From Azolla caroliniana (Eukaryota > Plantae > Polypodiophyta): a DNA stretch of 64,000 nt. The stretch covers positions 14,446,001 through 14,510,000 of the forward strand of contig JBHGNT010000011.1 in the NCBI GenBank assembly GCA_043228905.1, given 5' to 3'. The translations under genes and the position numbers were made by a program. Positions 24,244-37,592 of the stretch are shown piece by piece (position 1 is the stretch's first letter; each line of letters begins with the position of its first letter). The notes below the pieces were generated by a model. It had not been told where the DNA came from. It saw only the letters and a list, made by a program, of their open reading frames with translations, and made no database searches.

Positions 24244-25803
24244 ACCCGGACACAGAGCAGGATGGTTCCCGACAACCGACATCAGTTCCTTAATGATCGG
24301 CTTCAACTGTCCCGACCCGACCAGTTCGGTCTTCTGCCTTCGGACCCTGCCGACTCGAACAAAGCTGATATGTCCGAGAACCTAAGTCTATACCTGTAAT
24401 CTTAGATAACCCATGTATACGCCCATTACGGGGAAGTGTCGAATACATGTGTATAATGGACGTATTCATACTATCCCGCTTTTGGCCATTTATGTAATTA
24501 GCATAAAGGGTAGTTGCCCTAAGTCGGTCACTATATATAGTGACCTTGCAACCTTTTTGTAAGGTTGGTTGTTGTATTGTCTCTTTGTGAAATAAGAAAG
24601 TCTTTTGTGTCTCTCTCTCTCTCTCTCTCTCTGTGCACGACCTACAATCTGTCATACGCAGGTACTCAGAAGAAATCGAATGCTTCTTGATCTTCCGCAC
24701 AGACGACTTCGTCTACAACAAAGATAACCTAGGCCGTAAACCCAAAACACATGCAACTTCATCAATAAATAAAGGATTCCATAACAACGATTGACGCATG
24801 AATTGATTGTTTTTTTTGGTGGCACGAAAACAAGTGCTTGACGAATACTTTCCCATGCCCTTAGAATTCCATTAAAAAAACATAAAGATCCAACAGTCGA
24901 CTTAGGCAACGAAAAATCTATGTTAAAGAACCATCTAAGACTATCACGCCATTGACCACCAACCGATGGCTTAATGTTATATAAATGACAAATCCATAAC
25001 TTTTTCCATAACTCCTCTCATGGCAATAAACTCCTAACAACATGTTTAGCATGTAATGCTTTACTTTGAAAAGGATCAATCAAACCTAAACCACCTTTTT
25101 GTTTGGGTTGTATAAGAACCGAACAAGCTACCTTTGCTATAGTATTGTCTACAATAGCATTCCCCCAAATAAAATTCTGCACTAGCCTGTGAACTTTAAG
25201 CATTATTGACCTAGAAAACAACCATGTAGACGTTATATACCAAATGGAGGACAAAAGCACGGAATTAGCAACAACTACACGTCCTACTAGGGATAACTTT
25301 CCCTTCTTCCAGTATATTAGCTTATTCCTTAACCTTTAACAACAAGGGCGCAATCATATCTTCTACCTTTAATCCTAACCCCACTTTACATCCTAAATAC
25401 CTAATGGATTGCCCTTTAGGGATCCACGTGAATCCTGCCCTAGGTACATTAAATGACGGATCTCCCGAAGCCACCCAAAAACCTGATGATCCCAATTAAT
25501 CAGTGCACCCGATGCATCTGAGAAGTCATCCACATCTTTTTGAACCTACAACAAGTTAAATTGTGAGGCTTGAACATAAAGATTTGTATCATCAACAAAC
25601 TCATTGTCGACGCCAACATCTACAAATGGTAATGCTAAACCTTTGATATTAACATGCCAAGAATTTAAGGGTACAGAAAATGCTTTAGATACTAATAAAA
25701 ACAAAAAAGGAGCAAGTGGGCATCCTTGTCTTACTAATCTTGAAATAGAGAAATGCCTACCAACATCCCCTACAAATAAATGCGAACTATGTGCATTACG
25801 ATA

Positions 25804-26189
25804 TGTAGAAAATAACGTGCAGAAGCAAGTATGAAGACCGAACAGAAGAGAGGAAACTCAGGTTTAATGGAGAGCTTGAGCTTACACGGTATACGCAGGA
25901 GAGACAGAGAGAGAAACACAAGAAATTATATTCAACAATAATACTCAGTCTGTACATGAGACGTGCTCAGTGAGCACTTTTATACAAGTCCTAGAAGGAC
26001 TGACCGAAGTACTGACAGTACTTCAATGCTCATCAAGAGCTCCTACACTAACTCCCAAATATATTCCTCATGGAATATCTTTCCTAACGGCCTCCCGGTT
26101 GATGCACTCGGCCTAACCGATCGGTCCCAACCGATCTGGTCCTCGGCTTCTTCAGCCGATCCGGCCGATGTTGAGCTTGTCTCTCAACA
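25804..26189. mobile_element. Solo LTR of an unclassified family (386 bp) in LINE RT
   Basis: TG..CA; TSD CGATA at 25799-25803 and 26190-26194. Confidence 0.88.
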
Positions 26190-29100
26190 CGATATAATGT
26201 TGAAACACCTCGTATCCATCTGTTTGGAAACCCCATCTTGAGCAAAGTGCCCTCCATGAAATCCCAATGCACTCTATCATAAGCTTTTTCAAAATCCAGA
26301 AATACCACTACCAACTCTTGTTTCTGCACTTCAGCAAAAGCTACCATTTCCCAAAAAAGAATAATATTATAAAAAATACTTCGCTCTTGTATAAAACCCG
26401 TTTGAGAATCATGAATTAGTTCAGATGAGGTTGTAAACGTCTAGCTAACATTTTGGCTAATATCTTATAAATAACGTTCAACAAAGAAATTGACCTCCAA
26501 TGCCGAAGCTCCTCTAACTTACCACTTGATTTGGGAATCATGTAGATTAAACCGTCATTCCATTCTTGCGGCATATTTCCAGAATCTAAAACTTGTTGAT
26601 AAGCTTTGGTCAATCCCTCACCTATCAAATCCCAATATTGTATATACCACTGAAACCCCAGGCCATCCAATCCAGGACAAACATCCTATGCTAAGGCCTT
26701 TGCTACTTTAAAAATCTCTTTAGAACTTAGTGGTTGCAAAAGACATTCGGAAATTTTAACAGACACTCTATGGAATCCTCGACCATATAATATCCCGTTT
26801 AGACAAATCCTCATGAGAAAAGGGTCGAGCCTTCAACAAATTATCATAATATTCAGAGGCTATTTGCCGCATCTGACTGGATCATTGGTATAAGAGCCAT
26901 CAGGATTATTTTAAATGGGAAATCCTAGTAGTCGACTTATGGTGATTATGCATTTTAAAGAACAGTTTATTTACTTTATCTCCCGACTCTGCCCATTTAG
27001 AAGCTATATTGTGGTAAGTAATTCAGTAGAAACATTTTGTGAGTCCAATATCTTATTCTCTACTTGTATCACTCTAGAACTTATATAAGTCGAATAGGGC
27101 CTTCTCTCTTGCAAGTGCTGCAAGGACCTCAACCCCCTACAAAGTCTTCCTATTTTAGTGAAAGACGCATGACATATTTATTTGGCCTTATAGTAAAAGA
27201 ATTGTTGTATTTCAATAATAGCCTTTTGAACACTAGATATTGCATAGTCATAAGAATAGTCGTACTTATTCCAAATATTATACATAAAAGGAACACAATC
27301 TTGTCTAAGAAACACATGATTCGGAATTCGAAATCTAGAAGTTTTATAGTGCTCCTTTAAGACTATAACTAAACAAAGTGGTGCATGATCAGAAAAGGAA
27401 AATGAAGGTAAAATTGCAATGCAGCCTCCTTTGTCCCATAGAAACTTATCAGCATAGAATCTATCTAACCTAGACAAATGGGTATGTAACTCTCTTTTAT
27501 CTGATCTGGAGTATGCTAAAGAATCTTGTAGCCTTACAAAAGAAGACACATGCCCTCAACCACATGACAAGACTCCATAACGTAAGAAGGAGAACAACCA
27601 GGTATCGTTTATTGCTATACAAAGTCCAACTTTTAGACTATTATCACCAATTGCAGGCACCAAGAGCTACCTCCATTGACCTGGCAACAAGTTTTCATAT
27701 TTCTGAATCCTTTGTTCATTTAAATGGTGCTCTTGAATCAAAAGAACATTAATCCTACCTACCAAGAACTTCCTCAACTAGTGACGGAAAACACTCCTTA
27801 CTTTACAACAATTTCTACCTCCTAGACCCCGAACATTCCACGATATAATATTTAACCTATCCAACATTCATATTTTTTCCTCCTATTCTTCTTTCGGCAA
27901 GTGCAACATCTCTACCCTTTCTTCCATCCTTTGAGGCCCATAATTGTCTCTTATTAGATTAGAGGTCTTTCACTACCAACTTAAGTGATCACATTGGCAT
28001 GTGCTTATCTACTATATGAACCCTATCTGAAGACCTATCCAATGAAGTGAAAGCAACTATAGCCTCACAATTCATGTCAACATGTGCAAGATTTACCTTG
28101 CCCACTTCAGTTTGTTGAATGTCAGTCATGAGTAGGGGCATATCAGATTGTTGTACATGATCAAAAACATGTTGTTTACCCTTATTAAGTTGATTATTAA
28201 CTTTATTAACAAATTACAAAGGTTGTACATGTGAAAGGATGTCCTTGGACTTATGTGCCACACGATGTTCCTTTGTAAAAACTGATGGAGAAAATCCGCT
28301 ATCCATTTTAAAATTACTCGCATCCTTTTCCACTTCTTGCAAAGAGTGATAAGGGTTAGCTTCAAGTAATAAGACTGGATTAATCATTGTATTAGTCGGT
28401 TTAAAAACATGTTTTGCTTAAACTGTAGACCAACCATCATTATTAACCACTGCTCAATTAGGCATATGGGCTTCTACATTCCGACGTCGCTTCTGACAAT
28501 CTCGACCTAAATGACAAAATTGATAGCACACAAAACATTGATAAGGAAAACCTTGATAATACACCTCTTATAGCACCAGAGGTTTATTAATAAGTAAATT
28601 AGGTAAAGATATAGTTGTTGGCAACCGAACATTTCTTGGTGCAATCAACCGAACTGTTGGAACCCCGCCCACTCTATCTAACGCAGAAGCCTATCCATCG
28701 CGTTGTCGTGAAGAAAACCGTCCATAAGCGGAATCGATGCAGAGGAGCGTAGGAACCGGCTCTTCTTGAATGTTGTCCATAGAAGATCCTAGGTGGGTAG
28801 GGAGTAAAGGGGAAACGGCTCCTTCCTCGCCTATAAAAGGAGGGAGACGAGGAGGGAAAAGGGATCGCGGAGAGTCGAGGACGAAGTGCTGCCGGTTTGC
28901 GTGCGAAGGCTTCCCTCTCTCTCTCTGGTTCGCAAACTCCATAGCTTCCTTCTGTGCAGGTTTCGGGAGGCTCGCGCTGCTCTAAGGAATGCCCGAGTGC
29001 TTCTGGCAGCACCTCCAACCTGCTCCTGTCTTTCTGTGCGTTTACGAACAGGCATCGGCATCTGTTCGCCGGCCTGTTCGGTTGTAACCGACTTCGTGGT

Positions 29101-29323
29101 TTTGTTGTCTTCGTATTCTTGTTGTTTGTCTTTGTTAATACATACATACATTCGTGTCTTTCTGTGTCGCTGTCCCACTTGCGTCTTTGCGTCGAAGGGC
29201 CGTGTCCCTGTGGATCTACGCTCGCACGAAGAGGGTCTCTTCTCCTTCCTCTCTTGCTCTTTGGTACAGGACCCCCGAGGTTCCGCCTCATTCCATGCAT
29301 CCGCGAGGAAACCCTCGACATCT

Positions 29324-29341
29324 TGGTGAACCCGACGTGAA
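29324..29341 (+). other. Primer-binding site, tRNA-Trp
   Basis: TGGTGAACCCGACGTGAA, complementary to the recalled plant tRNA-Trp 3' end TTCACGTCGGGTTCACCA; 3 nt after the LTR. Confidence 0.85.
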
Positions 29342-29363
29342 GGAGGCGGAAGAAGAGCAGAAG

Positions 29364-31489
29364 ATGAAAGGGTCGGATCTTGCAGAGCCCATGTCTTCGG
29401 CCGTCGATCGGATATTGAGTGCACGCGAGGGCACCGGCGCCCTCGACAAAGCCATTGAGGCGGTCGTCGGTACGATCGGCCGGTTCAGCGGGAAGGATGC
29501 CATGAAGTATTTGGCGTCCTACGGGGCAGAAATGCTGATGTGGGACATTTCGGAAGAGAGGCGTCTTGCCGGGTTTCCTCGAGTGGCGATGCCGAGCATC
29601 CATGCGGAGGTGCTCGAGGTGCGGGCGGAGAGCCGTACCTGGGAGGAGTTCGAAGGCCGACTCCTAGAAAAATACGGGCTGGACGACGCGCTCCGGCTTT
29701 CGAAAAGGGACTTCATGGAATGGGTGGAGTTCCCCGGCAAGGGAAGGAACGCGACGGCACTCCTCCGGGAGTTCGAAGAACGCTTTGCGCGCCTTTCGGC
29801 GCTTGACCGAACCGTTCTGGATACAAGCCGGGTCCTATTGTTCGTCAAGTCGGTGGACGAGCGGGACCGGGACCAAGTCGGCTCCTTGCTGGAAACCGAG
29901 GACGGGCTGACAACCGACTGGGCTGCGGTTAAGAGAGTCTGTGGCCGTTTCGATAAACGGCGGGAATGGGCCGACAACGGGGCAGCCGGTGCGGGGTCTG
30001 TCACAGCAAGGAGGCTTGAACCGGCACTGCAAGTACAAAGGGAAGAAACCCGGGAATGGCTCGAAACCGGTCCGGCTTCGACCGGCATGGTCAATGGCTC
30101 GTCCGGAGGAGCAGCGCTGGAGGAGTTGACGCAGGCGATAAAGGATCTCCAGATCGCCCAGTCTCGAAGGGAAGGCGGCGAACCGGTTCGTGACCGACGG
30201 CCGGCAGCAGGGAACAGGTGCATGTGGTGCGAGGAGGTCGGCCACATCCGGAAGGACTGCGGCGATTTCGCAGAAGCGTTGAGGAACCGGGTGGTGTACC
30301 TGTGGGAAGGCCGGGTGCAAGCCGGCGACACCAGGAGGGCCCTGAACCGAAACGACGGGCGAGGAGGTATGAAGAGACTGATGGAAGAGGCCACAGCCCG
30401 ACACTTAGAAGCCATCCACTACTCGGCGTCGGCCGGAATTCGGGTTGGGGGCAGTGAGGCCCGAAAGGAGGGCAAAGACGGATTCTGGTGGCAATGCGGG
30501 AAGGTCTTGCCGGCGCACGGTTGAAGAAGGATGAAACGGACCGCGCTGAGAGACGGGTCCGGGAAATAATCGGGTGGAGCGATCCGGTCGAGGAGAAGAC
30601 GGGCTTCGTAGAAGCCGCCTGCCAGAACTACGAGGCTCTGGTAGAAGACAAACGAGTGGGGAAAGCCGGAGCGGCCGGGCCTTCACAAAGGTACGAGACC
30701 TGATTCGGGCAACGACGGAACGATGTCGGCGGACCCAGCTCGCAAGATAACCCCAGGAAGGGCGGATACCCACTGGGGACGGAAATAGAAAGGACTACGG
30801 ACCTACGGAAGGTCCTAGAGGAACGGATCCTCGACAACAAGGTGGAGCTGTCATTGCGGGAGGTGCTAGGGATCGCCAAGAAGGAGTTCCACGACTCCAT
30901 TGTAGACTTGGTGAAACGGAAGAGGCTGTCGACGGAGACGGATCTGGAAAGACCGGTAGAGGTGCGGACGACGCACATCGACGACTCGGCGCTGGCAGAT
31001 GAGTGGGTGCAGAGCCACTATTCGAGGCCACACTGGGCCCGAGCGACCACGGAGACCCCGGTAAAGATCGGAGATGTTCGGGAACCGATGGTGGCGTTGG
31101 TGGACCACGGTTCGGAAATAAACCTGATGTCCATGGACTTCTATAAGAAGGGGAAGTGGCCGATCAACACCAAGCACGGGTGGAAGATACGGGCGGCGAC
31201 GCGCGCCACCGAGGAACTGCATGGGGCCTGCCCGAACATGCGAGTCAAGATCGGCGACGTCGAGATTGACCAGCACTTCTTCGTACAGGAGACGTCCTCG
31301 CACCCGGTCATATTAGGTGAACCATACATCACGGCGGCGCGGATGGAGACCAAAGTGCTGGACAACGGTTCGGCCTACGCGAGGGTCAAAAGCCAGGACG
31401 GGCGCCATTCGGTCCAATTTCTGACGGTGCGGCCGAACCACGAGCGGAACCGCGAATCCCTCGATGGCGAGAACCGGGAGGATTTTTAG
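29364..31489 (+). pseudogene. Gypsy gag-protease
   Basis: CMWCEEVGHIRKDC knuckle; ALVDHGSEIN and VILGEPY protease motifs; frameshift near 30490, stop at 30701. Confidence 0.88.
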
Positions 31490-34400
31490 AGAGGGCTGCC
31501 AAGGCGTGGGGCCGAGACAGTCCGGACACTCGGGAAAGACCCCACAGCTGTACGATAGAACCGAAACCGAAGAAACCTTGTACGATAGGTAGAAAATTCT
31601 GCTTCTCCGGCAACGGAGGGTGTATGATAGTCGGCATCGTTGGCCGAGAAAGGGCAAGGGCGAAGGAGCGACTTCGAGCGTGCGGAGTTCTCGGCCCGGA
31701 CGAGGAAATCAGCGGGGCCGTGGAGGCAGTCTTCTTCGACGACACCTTGGGGATGTTGAGGAAGGTAGCCGGAGAAGACCTTAATGAAGACCGGACGATA
31801 CCGGTATGTTCCGAAGAGATGTACGGAGTCATCGCGAATTTCAGTCGGGGGCTCGGGTTGGATCGGACAGCCCGAGTTAACACGAAGTACAAGACTGTGG
31901 ACCGGAAGGTAAGGCTAGTCGCGGCACCCTTACCGGAGGGCAGCGAGTCCCAAATCAGAGGGGTTGCGTCGGACCCCAGTTTACGAGATCCGGCCTGCAT
32001 AGGACACACCTTCACCGACGGGACGCTCCGGGAGCTCAAGATCGGTGGGGGCGGGTTCCTACTGCCGGCGGAGGAAGACCGGTTTCGGAGAATGCTCGGA
32101 AGGCACGGGAAAGCCTTCGCATTCTCACCGGACGAGATCGGGTGCGCAGACCTGACGATCGTGGAGCCGATGGTGATATTCACGGTACCGCATGTGCCGT
32201 GGAATCTCAAGCCGATTCCAGTACCGAGAGCTCACATCCCGAAGTTGATGGAGCTATTGAGGCAGAAAGTAGATATGGGCATTCTCGAACCGTCGAGTGC
32301 CCCATACTCGAACCGATGGTTTACCGTACCAAAGAAAAACGGAACGATGCGCTTCATTCAAGACCTGCAGCCAGTCAACAGAGTGACCATTCGGAACGCA
32401 GGAATCGGACCGACCATAGACGAGTTCGCGGAGGCCTTCGCTGGAAGGTCGATTTACTCGGTCGGTGATCTGTACTCAGGGTACGACCAGTTCCAGCTAG
32501 CCGTGGAGAGCAGAGACATTACGACGATGCGAACTCCCCTTGGCCTAGTGCGAATGTGTAACCTGCCACAAGGAGGGACCAACTCGGTGGCCCACATGGT
32601 GAATGCAATGAACAAGGTACTGAGGGATTGCATCCCAGACATCACCATGCCGTTTCTAGACGACATTCCGATCAAGGGGTGCCCGGTGGAGGAGAAGGAC
32701 GAGACAGTCGGACCGGACGGATGCCGGTGATTCGTGGCGAAACACATCGACGACTGCGAGAAGGTGCTACAAAGGCTAGAGGATGCGAGGCTCACCTTCT
32801 CCGGGGAGAAATCGGCCTTCGGGCAATCGGAAATCCTGGTAGTCGGACACCTATGTGGGCCATATGGCTGGAAGCTGTCTCCGGCAAAGGTAGAAGCCAT
32901 CTCCGCGATGAAGACCGACTGTAGCTCGGTTACGGAAGTTCGGAGGTTCCTGGGGGCATGCGCATTCTACCACATATGGATCCCGCATTACGCCCACGTT
33001 GCGGAGCCGCTATACGGGTTGCTGAAGAAAGGGCGAAAATTCGAATGGCAAGACGAGCACACGGAGTCGGTCCGGAAGCTAAAGGAAGCTCTTGCGGCAG
33101 CACCGGCGCTTCGGAAGGCTGTCTACGGGAAGGGTACCCTGGTGTACATAACGGTGGATACGAGTCCGACCGGGATCGGATGGGTCGTCAACCAAGAAGA
33201 CGAGGACGGCATTCAGTTCCTGATCCGATTCGGCGCGAAGGTCCTCAGTGAGCGACAGCGAGGGTACGCCCAGGTTAAACGCGAACTCTGGGGTATCGTT
33301 TCGGCAGTAAAGGCCGACAAAGACTACCTGATCGGGGCAGAAGTGATTATCGAGACGGATTGCCTGCCAATTCTCGGCATGGTTTCCGGATGCGCAACAC
33401 CGGACCTGGCGATGCTCAGGTGGATAGCGTACATCAAGTCCCTGGACCCGGAAATACGACACATTTCCGGAAAAGACAACGCCATGGCCGACATGCTTTC
33501 GAGGGCGAGGTTTGATGACGAGGGCAGCATGGTTTCGGAGGATGAAGAAGTCGGCGTGGACTTCTTCAAGGCGGCATACGTAACAACCAACGGGACGAGC
33601 ACTCCGGCACTTAACGACTTCGACGAGACCAGGTACGAAGGCGAGTGGCTACAGATCGGAGGATTTTTGAGGACAATGACGCCGGATGCGTCATGGACGA
33701 GGGACGAGGCCAACCAGATCCGGAAGAAAGCTTACCGATTCTTTCTCCGGGACGGATACTTATGGAAGCACCCGAAGAAGAGGAACGGCATCCCGCTCCG
33801 GGTGGTGGCGATGAAGGAAGAACAGGAGGAGCTGTTGACGGCCTACCATGACAGCCCTTGGGCTGGACACCGTGGAACGTGGGCCACGTTCGAGAAGATA
33901 AAGGGGAAATACTAGTGGTCGGGACTGTACCGGGACGTGCATCAGTTCGTGACGACTTGCGAGAGCTGTCAGATGCACTCCGTAGTCCGACATCGGGACG
34001 AGCTTCACCCTACGTACCCTCTGACCATCCACTTCAAATGGATGGTAGACCTGGTGACGATGCCGATGGGAGTAGGACAGATGCGGTATCTGGTCCTGGC
34101 TCGGGAAGATCTGACGAACCAGGTAGAAGGTTGGGCCCTTCAGAACAAAACGACCGCGGCCGTATGTCGGTTCCTGATCGAGGATGTGATATGCCGGTAC
34201 GGGTGCGTCGGGAAAATCGTGGCTGATCGCGGGGAGTTGGACGCCGAAGAGGCCGAGGAGCTGTTCGACCGGCTAGGAGTCAAGCTCTCGCTTACCACTG
34301 CGTACAATTCGGAGGCAAATGGAAAGGTGGAGCGCGGACACGGACTGATCGTCAAGGCGTTAGTTCGGGCATGCGGAGGTCAAGTCGGGAACTGGCCGCG

Positions 34401-34983
34401 GCTGTTGCCTTACGCGTTGTGGGCGGACCGAACTACGCACAGTTCGGTAACCGGATTCATGCCGGCAGAACTCATGTTTGGGCAGAAGCCGGTCATGCCG
34501 ATGGAACGTACGATCTCCTCATGGGCAACCGTGGACTGGAGAGACGAGATGAGCTGGGAGGAACTGTTGGCGGCGCGCATACGACAGCTCGAGCGAAGAC
34601 CGGAGGACGTGGAGCAGGCTGCGGAAAAGCTCCGGGAAGCAAGGATGAGGAACAAAGCCCGGTTCGACCGAACGCACCGGCTCCGGCCGAAGAAGATCGA
34701 GGAAGACGACTGGGTGCTAGTCTACGACAGCAGCCTTGACAACCAGCACCGAGCGACACGGAAGTTCGCAAGAAGGTGGTTCGGGCCTTACGTGGTACAA
34801 AGCGCCAACGACAACGGGACGTACCATCTGGCGGAGCCCGACGGCACGAGAATGGCGATACCGGTAGCTGGGAAGCGGATCAAAACGTACAAGAAGCGTC
34901 ACGACGACGAGCCGGATCCGGTAAGCCTGGACCGCGACGACGAACGATCCGAAACCGAGGAAGAACCGACGGGCGGGGAATGA
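31480..34983 (+). pseudogene. Gypsy RT-RNase H-integrase, -1 frame relative to protease
   Basis: GDLYSGYDQF, PFLDDIP, TVDTSPTG, H..H..C..C and NGKVERG; one frame with stops at 32728 and 33913. Confidence 0.92.
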
Positions 34984-37592
34984 AGGCTGGACCAATTTTC
35001 TCCGTCCCAACTCAATTGGCGCATGCCGGTGGATGCGCGGTTAGGTGGGGGCGGATGTCGTGAAGAAAACCGTCCATAAGCGGAATCGATGCAGAGGAGC
35101 GTAGGAACCGGCTCTTCTCGAATGTTGTCCATAGAAGATCTTAGGTGGGTAGGGAGTAAAGGGGAAACGACTTCTTCCTCGCCTATAAAAGGAGGGAGAC
35201 GAGGAGGGAAAAGGGATCGCGGAGAGTCGAGGACGAAGTGCTGCCGATTTGCGTGCGAAGGCTTCCCTCTCTCTCTCTGGTTCGCAAACTCCATAGCTTC
35301 CTTCTGTGCAGGTTTCGGGAGGCTCGCGCTGCTCTAAGGAATGCCCGAGTGCTTCCGGCAGCACCTCCAACCTGCTCCTGTCTTTCTGTGCGTTTACGAA
35401 CAGGCATCGGCATCTGTTCGCCGGCCTGTTCGGTTGTAACCGACTTCGTGGTTTTGTTGTCTTCGTATTCTTGTTGTTTGTCTTTGTTAATACATACATA
35501 CATTCATGTCTTTCTGTGTCGTTGTCCCACTTGCGTCTTTGCGTCGAAGGGCCGTGTCCTTGTGGATCTACGCTCGCACGAAGAGGGTCTCTTCTCCTTC
35601 CTCTCTTGCTCTTTGGTACAGGACCCCCGAGGTTCCGCCTCATTCCACGCATCCGCGAGGAAACCCTCGACAGCATGTAGCAATGACTTTACCTAGTAAA
35701 GCCCCAATGCGAGGAAGAACGTTCCTCCACTTCTTCCTCAAACCAAGGAATGCAGCCGAAAAAACCATGTTAGATTCCTAATCCTGTAAAATGTCATCCA
35801 CCTTAACATTATGCGACCATTTGTGAAAGGAAATTCACGCACCTTCCACACCTGCCTCCTTAATCGCCAAAAGCTTGTTGACAGACTCCTCATCTGCCAA
35901 TTCTGTTGGGAATCGACGCTTCGATTCACCTTCTTCACTCGGCCACAACCAAGTAATCTTCGAATCAATGCAGCAGAAAATAGGAACCACAGAGAGAAAC
36001 ACACGAATACACAGGGATTAACGTGGAAAACCCTAGATGGGAAAAACCACGGGAGTACAAGACTCCAAACCAACACTATACAAAGAGAAGTATACAATGG
36101 CGAGCTGCAAGGTGACGACCTTGAGCTCGCTGTCCTCGCCACAGGCGGCGGAAATATACAGAGGCGTCGTCCTCTTCCTCTCTCTCACGCTCTATCTCTC
36201 TCTCTCTCTCTCTCTCTCACGGCTGCTCCCTCTTCACTCCTCTTGAGTGGAAAAACAGAAAAATGATCAGCAGCACTAAAACAGTTTGCCCTAAGTCATA
36301 TTTATACATATATGACTTTGGGGCTATTTACAACTGTAGCCTCAGGGGCCCATAGCAAACATATTCACGGATATGTCCCTTCATCCGGATCGCTCTCCGG
36401 GTACATTCGTCATCCGGCTCCGAAGCCGGGGTCTTCATCATCCGGTTCCGAAACCGAAACCGGGCTCGTCGGCATTCATCTCCGACATCCGACCATCCCA
36501 TCCGAAGGGACTATAATCCCGACAAACTCCCCCTTCACTTCGGCATGGGATGTCTTTCCAATCCGATCCTCTTCCGGCATGCTTCCAGCTTGTCGAGTGT
36601 GAGCACCTTGGTCAGCATATCCGACCCGTTCTCGTCCGTGTGGATCTTTGTCAGCACGAACTCCTTGTCTTCTATCCTTTCCCAGATCCAGTGATATCTT
36701 CGCTGGATGTGCTTCGTCCGGGAGTGATAGGCCGCGTTCTTCGCAAGGTGGATTGCACTCTGACTGTCGCAGTAGAGTCGGTACTCCTCCTGCCGGATAC
36801 CGAGCTCTCTAATGAAGTCCTTCATCCATATTATTTCCTTGCCGGCTTCAACAGCTGCCATGTACTCCGCCTCCGTGGTTGACAACGCAACCGTCTTCTG
36901 CAGCCTCGACTGCCACGAAACGGCTCCCCCTGCATACGTCATCACATACCCTGATGTGGACCGGCTGGTATCTGCATCAGCCGACATATCCGAATCGGTG
37001 AAGCCGTCGAGTTCGGGCTTACCGGAGTCGAATCGGAGGCACACGTTTGCCGTGCCTTTCAGGTATCGGAGTATCCACTTGGCCGCGTTCCAATGCTCTT
37101 TGCCGGGATTGCTCATGTACCGGCTCACCACTCCGACTGCATATCCTATGTCCGGTCTCGTACACACCATGGCGTACATCAAGCTCCCGACGGCTGAGGC
37201 ATACGGCACTTTCATCATATCCTCCTTTTCAGCCTTTGTCTTGGGACTTTGCTTGCTGGACAGCTTGCAGTTTGTCGGGAGGGTCGATCCGACCGGTCTT
37301 GCTTCCGACATGTTGAACCGGTGAAGCACCTTCGTCACGTACTTCTCCTGTGACAGCCACAACTGCTTCTTCTTCCGGTCCCGGATGATGTGCATCCCTA
37401 GTATTTGCCTCGCCGGACCCAGGTCCTTCATTGAGAAGGTTCGGTGAAGAGCCTTCTTCAGCATCCATATCTTGACCTGGTCCCGTCCGACGATCAACAT
37501 GTCGTCCACGTACAGGAGGAGTATTAGAAAGTCTCCTCCTTCGAACTTCTTCACAAACACGCAGTGGTCGGACTGCGTTTTGAGGTACCCTT

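Larger units (their letters stand above)
19278..24720 (+). mobile_element. Copia family B element, structurally intact
   Basis: LTRs 19278-19561 and 24437-24720 (284 bp, one difference seen); TSD AAGAT; PBS TGGTATCAGAGC 19564-19575; PPT just before 24437. Confidence 0.97.
28704..35672 (+). mobile_element. Gypsy LTR retrotransposon, tRNA-Trp primed, no chromodomain seen (defective)
   Basis: LTRs 28704-29320 and 35056-35672 (617 bp, ~10 transitions); 4-bp TSD GCGT/GCAT; PPT-like AGGTGGGGGCGGA 35043-35055; gag-PR-RT-RH-IN order. Confidence 0.95.

Noticed and set aside
28674-30415. Antisense ORFs of 309 and 298 aa over the Gypsy LTR and gag
   Set aside because: Shadow frames of GC-rich sequence that run across element boundaries; no recognisable motifs
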